Origin: an uncultured Planctomycetaceae bacterium
GTDB taxonomy: Bacteria > Planctomycetota > Planctomycetia > Pirellulales > Thermoguttaceae
Length of the DNA stretch: 64,000 nucleotides
NCBI GenBank assembly: GCA_964615095.1
Contig: CAZTPX010000008.1
Location: 57,361-121,360 of the forward strand
Reading direction: 5' to 3'
Shown here one piece after another: positions 61,101 to 64,000 of the stretch. Both the position numbers and the translations under genes were made by a program. The notes under the pieces were generated by a model. The model searched no databases. It saw nothing but the letters and a program-made list of their open reading frames with translations, and was not told the origin of the DNA. The first letter of the stretch is position 1. Each line of letters opens with the position of its first letter.

Positions 61101-61475
61101 GACCATTGGGGCGGCGGCGCATCGGCGCATCAAGCCGCCATCGAGGGGGCCCGCGACCGCCTGCGTCCGATCCTCATGACCGCCAGCGCCATGGTCTTGG
61201 GCACGGTGCCCATGGCCTTGGCCCTGGAGGAAGGCAGCGGCATGACCGCGCCCCTGGGACGGGCCGTGATCGGCGGCCTGTTGGTTTCCACCTTCGCCAC
61301 GCTGTTGATCGTGCCCGCCATGTTCGCGATCGTCATGGGCAACTCAAAGAAAGTATCGCCTTCGGTCGATCCCGACGACACCTCCAGCCGGCACTTCGAA
61401 CCGCACGGTTTCAAGACTGCGGCCGTCCACGGCGGTCCTCCGCCGGACGAAACTCCACCCCCTTCCGGGAGTTGA
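58185..61475 (+). CDS. RND-family efflux transporter permease (AcrB/CzcA superfamily), 1096 aa
   Basis: MNLTEFAMRRPITLAMFVVAVIGGGVLALLGMRVDIFPSINAPQIYVV.... 12-TM architecture with two large periplasmic loops. Substrate class not assignable by eye. Confidence 0.9.
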   Translation: MNLTEFAMRRPITLAMFVVAVIGGGVLALLGMRVDIFPSINAPQIYVVNNYAGMSPDQIEGIVTNVYEQNFQYVDGIKAIESKNIQNFVQLKLTFYPGTDMAAAMSQVVSLTNRARGQMPPSVLPPFVIRFDAASVPIGYLVLESKSDPPRPLGELADLGLFRIRPTLIAEVPGTVAFSPYGSNTRAIVVTVDPDRLRAHNLSPEDLVSALETGNVVVPSGNVYTPTQTPLVPTNAMVADPQEMGKIPIQLGKNVYLRDVATIEDTTDINYGCALVNGRKSIFIPVVKKDTASTLTVVRQIHDTMPKFKLLVPADVDVRYAFDESPTVRAAIQSVLTEGVIGAGLTGLMILLFLHDLRSVLVVLISIPLSLTSSLVGLWLTGNTINIMSLGGLALAIGILVDEATVTIENTHAQMRHTHSIARAARRANAATNTARLLAMLCILSVFIPTLILNEPVRSLFMPLTLAVGFAMVASYLLSSTLVPVLTVWLVKHVGGHGGQAGKSLFDRFLDVFVRIVSAAVRWRWIVVGTYLAACAALFWPLYGQVGKELFPEVDSGQFVLRFRAPPGSEYELTRRCAVKILEIIDEESHGNLEMSIGYTGLGSTNTATNNILLFMRASDDGVLRVRLKENSGVAVADLQERLRTVLPDKVGPWLQAYLEKHGCSPTEAQARVRQISFGFEPGDIVSTVMSFGSPNPVELLVIGPDRNAVRAHAQRLLAEMKKIPELRDVQLYQQLDYPTVRVNIDREKAGLSGVAVKDVTDALLVGTSSSRYVVRNYWRDPHSGVDYQVQIQVPTQRMDRPQQVENLPIRKVDADSNLLVRDVASVEPGQTPGEIDRSAMQRYLSITANVQGGDLDRAASGIDQAIADAGDPPRGVHVSVRGQVAPMTEMFRSLSIGLGLSVVVILVLLTGFFQSFRIALVSLGGVPGVVLGVLAMLLCTRTTLNIESFMGSIMCIGVSVSNSVLLSTFMDDHWGGGASAHQAAIEGARDRLRPILMTASAMVLGTVPMALALEEGSGMTAPLGRAVIGGLLVSTFATLLIVPAMFAIVMGNSKKVSPSVDPDDTSSRHFEPHGFKTAAVHGGPPPDETPPPSGS

Positions 61476-61478
61476 TGA

Positions 61479-62990
61479 ATGAATCGTTTTTCCCTTTGGA
61501 GTGCGGCGAGGGCACCATGTACTCATGGTCTCCGCCGCTTTCGTTCTCGGTTTTGGAGTGCGGCCAAGCGTCGACCTTCTTCCTGTGATCAAAGAAGCGT
61601 ACCCGTTCGCCCAGAATCAAACCGCAGAGAAACGCTAGGCGTTAGGAAAAGCGGTGGCAAGCCGCCGCACTCCAAAGAAGCCCTCCTCCTCATCGTGGTA
61701 CTACTGACCGGCTGCCAACATGAAAGCAAGCAAGTGAGACCCGAGGGCGGCCCTCCCGCGGTGCAAGTCGTGTACCCCGAACTGCGGACCATCGACTGCA
61801 GGGTCCAACAGCCCGGTTTCGTCAATGCCTTCGAACGGACGGCGATTTACTCCAAGGTCTCCGGGTTCATCAAGGCGTTCTACGTCGACATCGGCAGCGA
61901 GATCCACAAAGGCCAGGTGTTGGCCGACATCTTTGTGCCCGAACTTGACGAAGAGCATCAACAAATGGTTGAGCAGGTCAAGCTCGACGAGCAACTGGTC
62001 GCCCAGGCCCGGCAACTCGTGGCCGTGGCCGAGAGCAGCGTTCAAAGCGCCGCGGCGCAAGTGGCCGAGAGCGAGGCCAACGTGGGAAAGTACGAAGCGG
62101 ATATCGTCCGCTGGCAGTCCGAGGTGCAGCGTCTTACCCGCATGGTGCAACAAAATGTGGTCGACAAGGACATCCTTACCGAGACCCAGCGGCAGCTCGA
62201 ATCGAGCAACGCGGCAAAGTCCGCCGCCCAGGCCACGGTCCGGGCGCGGCAAGCGGATCTGCTGATGAGCCAGGCCAACCTGGGAAAGACGAAGATCGAC
62301 GTGGAAACGGCCAAGGCCAAGGTCCGAGTGACGCAGGCGGGGGAACGCAAGGCGGCGGCCCTGCTGGCCTATACCCAGGTGACGGCGCCCTACGATGGTG
62401 TCGTCACCGTGCGAAACGCAAATACGGGCGACTACGTGCAGGCGGTCACCGGCGACAAATCGACGGTGACCCCCTCCGCCATCTTCGTGGTGGAGAACGC
62501 CGACATTCTGCGGATCTTCGTCGACATCCCCGAGCGCTATGCCGCCTACGTACAGAAGGGCACCAAGGCCGCCGTGCGGGCCGACGCCCTAAGCGGATTG
62601 GAAATCCCCGCTACGGTTACCCGCACCTCCTGGTCCATCCGCGAAAAGACCCGCACCTTGTGGACGGAAATTGACCTCTCCAAGCGCGAATACAACGGCT
62701 TGCGGCCGGGGACGTACGTCTACGTCAACGTGTTCGTCCATCGGCCCGATGTCTACACGCTGCCGCAGCAGGCGCTGATGGTGTCGGGAAACCAGACATA
62801 CTGTTATCTCGTAAAAGACGGCAAAGCCGTCAAAACCCCCGTCGATAGGGCCATCAGCGATGGCTCGTGGGTCGAAGTCGATAAAATGAAGACCGGCGAT
62901 CCTTGGGTCAAGGTCAGCGGCAAGGAACAGGTCATCGTGGGCAATCTTAGCGACTTGACCGATGGCGAAGCGGTGACGGTCAATAAATAG
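61479..62990 (+). CDS. RND efflux periplasmic adaptor (MFP/HlyD family) lipoprotein; start uncertain
   Basis: Lipobox LLLIVVLLTGC at residue ~78 of the track ORF. Coiled-coil hairpin region (EEHQQMVEQVKLDEQLVAQARQLV...). VTAPYDGVVTVRNANTGDYV (beta-barrel motif). The first ~70 codons of the ORF are REP-derived. Confidence 0.8.
   Translation: MNRFSLWSAARAPCTHGLRRFRSRFWSAAKRRPSSCDQRSVPVRPESNRRETLGVRKSGGKPPHSKEALLLIVVLLTGCQHESKQVRPEGGPPAVQVVYPELRTIDCRVQQPGFVNAFERTAIYSKVSGFIKAFYVDIGSEIHKGQVLADIFVPELDEEHQQMVEQVKLDEQLVAQARQLVAVAESSVQSAAAQVAESEANVGKYEADIVRWQSEVQRLTRMVQQNVVDKDILTETQRQLESSNAAKSAAQATVRARQADLLMSQANLGKTKIDVETAKAKVRVTQAGERKAAALLAYTQVTAPYDGVVTVRNANTGDYVQAVTGDKSTVTPSAIFVVENADILRIFVDIPERYAAYVQKGTKAAVRADALSGLEIPATVTRTSWSIREKTRTLWTEIDLSKREYNGLRPGTYVYVNVFVHRPDVYTLPQQALMVSGNQTYCYLVKDGKAVKTPVDRAISDGSWVEVDKMKTGDPWVKVSGKEQVIVGNLSDLTDGEAVTVNK
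61495..61677. repeat. REP cluster 'ttggagtgcggc' (two direct copies, one inverted)
   Basis: tttggagtgcggcgag (61495), ttttggagtgcggccaagc (61551) and inverted ggcaagccgccgcactccaaag (61656). Lies in the 5' part of the MFP ORF. Confidence 0.75.
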
Positions 62991-63504
62991 AACAGCGCCC
63001 GGAACCCGCCGTAACCAACTTCATCGCAGCGATGAGGGATGAAGGGTGGAGGATTGCACCGAGGGTCAAGCGTAGCCGGTTCCACGCACGCCAACCCTGT
63101 CTTGACGGGTACATGCCCGCAGGAACTAGTTGTAATTTTCAATTTTGGCTGCAGGACTCCCAAACTAGGCAAGCTGGGTTTTCTTTCCGGGCGGTTAGCG
63201 CATTCGCGCAACTAAAGCTTGCGGATTACTTTAATCCGTCCCTGCTGGTTTTGGCGATTTTGCGGCTTTTGCCAAGGTAGCCGATCTTGCCGGCACGACT
63301 TTGCCGGTTATGACGCTTTTGCCGCCCATGCATTGATCAAGGGCCACAATTTCGGACATTATTGTGCCGTCCTAACATTCGAGCACTCAGAAAGACTCGA
63401 TAAAAAGACTAGTTTCCGCGCGAAAGGATTCTGCGGTCTCGATCGGTATTTTGGGATCGAGAAGCATCGGATGCGGAGTTTCACTACTTCAGGAGGGTAC
63501 GTTC

Positions 63505-64000
63505 ATGAAACGGATTTCTACCGCGAGCCTGGTCATGGTCCTGGGCTGCGCATGGGTGGCAAGCCAAGCCATGGCCCAGCAAGGGGGGGCGACACAGCCT
63601 CAGTCGCTTGAAGACGTCTCTGCACGCCTGCAACAGCAGGACCAGCAGATCCAGCAGCTTCAGGCCCAATTGTCGAGCATGCAGCAGCAGGGAGCCACTA
63701 CGACTCCCGCCGCCTATGCGCCCGGGACTGTTGCCCCGGCAACCCCTGCCGCACCGGCTGCGCCGCAATGCGCCGAGGTCGGCAGCGACATGAGCATCAA
63801 GGCCCGGTTTTACAACGGTGCGGGCGTCATGTTCGAGACGCCCAACAAGGACTTCACCATGCACCTGGGTGGGTGGGCGCAGTGGGACAATGTGTGGTGG
63901 AACCAGAATCACAACCAGATTGCCAACGTTGGCTCGCTGAACGACGGCGACTATTGGCGCCGGCTACGCATCGTCATGGAAGGCACTTTCTGGGGAAACT
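63505..64000 (+). CDS. outer-membrane porin, phosphate-selective porin O/P-like, N-terminal 165 codons (runs off the right edge)
   Basis: Own translation; not in the ORF track because there is no stop. AGGAGGG RBS. MKRISTASLVMVLGCAWVASQAMAQQ (signal). Gln-rich coiled segment LQQQDQQIQQLQAQLSSMQQQ, then IKARFYNGAGVMFETPNKDFTMHLGGWAQWDNVWW.... Confidence 0.55.
   Translation, partial: MKRISTASLVMVLGCAWVASQAMAQQGGATQPQSLEDVSARLQQQDQQIQQLQAQLSSMQQQGATTTPAAYAPGTVAPATPAAPAAPQCAEVGSDMSIKARFYNGAGVMFETPNKDFTMHLGGWAQWDNVWWNQNHNQIANVGSLNDGDYWRRLRIVMEGTFWGN

Noticed and set aside
63231-63359. 42-aa minus-strand ORF (MSEIVALDQCMGGKSVITGKVVPARSATLAKAAKSPKPAGTD) with an AGGA-like RBS
   Set aside because: Too short, with no family or partner gene. 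Not supportable from sequence alone.

Overview
GC-rich bacterial chromosomal segment. Gene content and repeat vocabulary (PEP-CTERM anchor, YTV-type Cys-rich protein, FGE/sulfatase-maturase-like and glycoside-hydrolase genes, many palindromic repeats that read through as peptide) suggest Planctomycetota; this is inference only. Layout: (1) 1-6.4 kb, a type 1 BREX operon on the minus strand, brxA-brxB-brxC-[ORF6N]-pglX, with pglX cut by the left edge. (2) 7.8-21.6 kb, a housekeeping block: M28 peptidase, acylphosphatase, membrane permease, sigma-70 factor, GAF/sigma-54 activator, AAA+ ATPase, oversized BamA, tRNA-Arg. (3) 22-31.7 kb: YTV-like protein, OmpR-type regulator, ParDE toxin-antitoxin, and a type I R-M locus (hsdR-hsdM) with no hsdS but a truncated second ORF6N gene. 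(4) 31.9-42.5 kb: secreted glycoside hydrolases, beta-helix protein, FGE-like PEP-CTERM protein, two response regulators. (5) 43.4-54.5 kb: three paralogous secreted Gly/His/Trp/Tyr-rich proteins with a TPR-like C-terminal domain plus one fragment, TauE-DUF1634, a TolC-like OMF, CsrA with a long C-terminal extension, and two small sigma-54-driven genes. (6) 54.6-64 kb: an NtrB/NtrC-type two-component system divergent from an RND-MFP efflux operon, and a porin gene at the right edge. Most notable observations: (i) one UAS + sigma-54 promoter module occurs three times with near-identical spacing, defining a small local regulon. (ii) The Gly/His/Trp/Tyr-rich paralog family. (iii) ORF6N genes and their 27-29 bp palindromes sit inside two defence loci. 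(iv) About a dozen families of palindromic or foldback repeats are present, some translated in frame inside hsdM, brxA, pglX and the MFP gene. No rRNA, CRISPR array, transposase or integrase was recognised.
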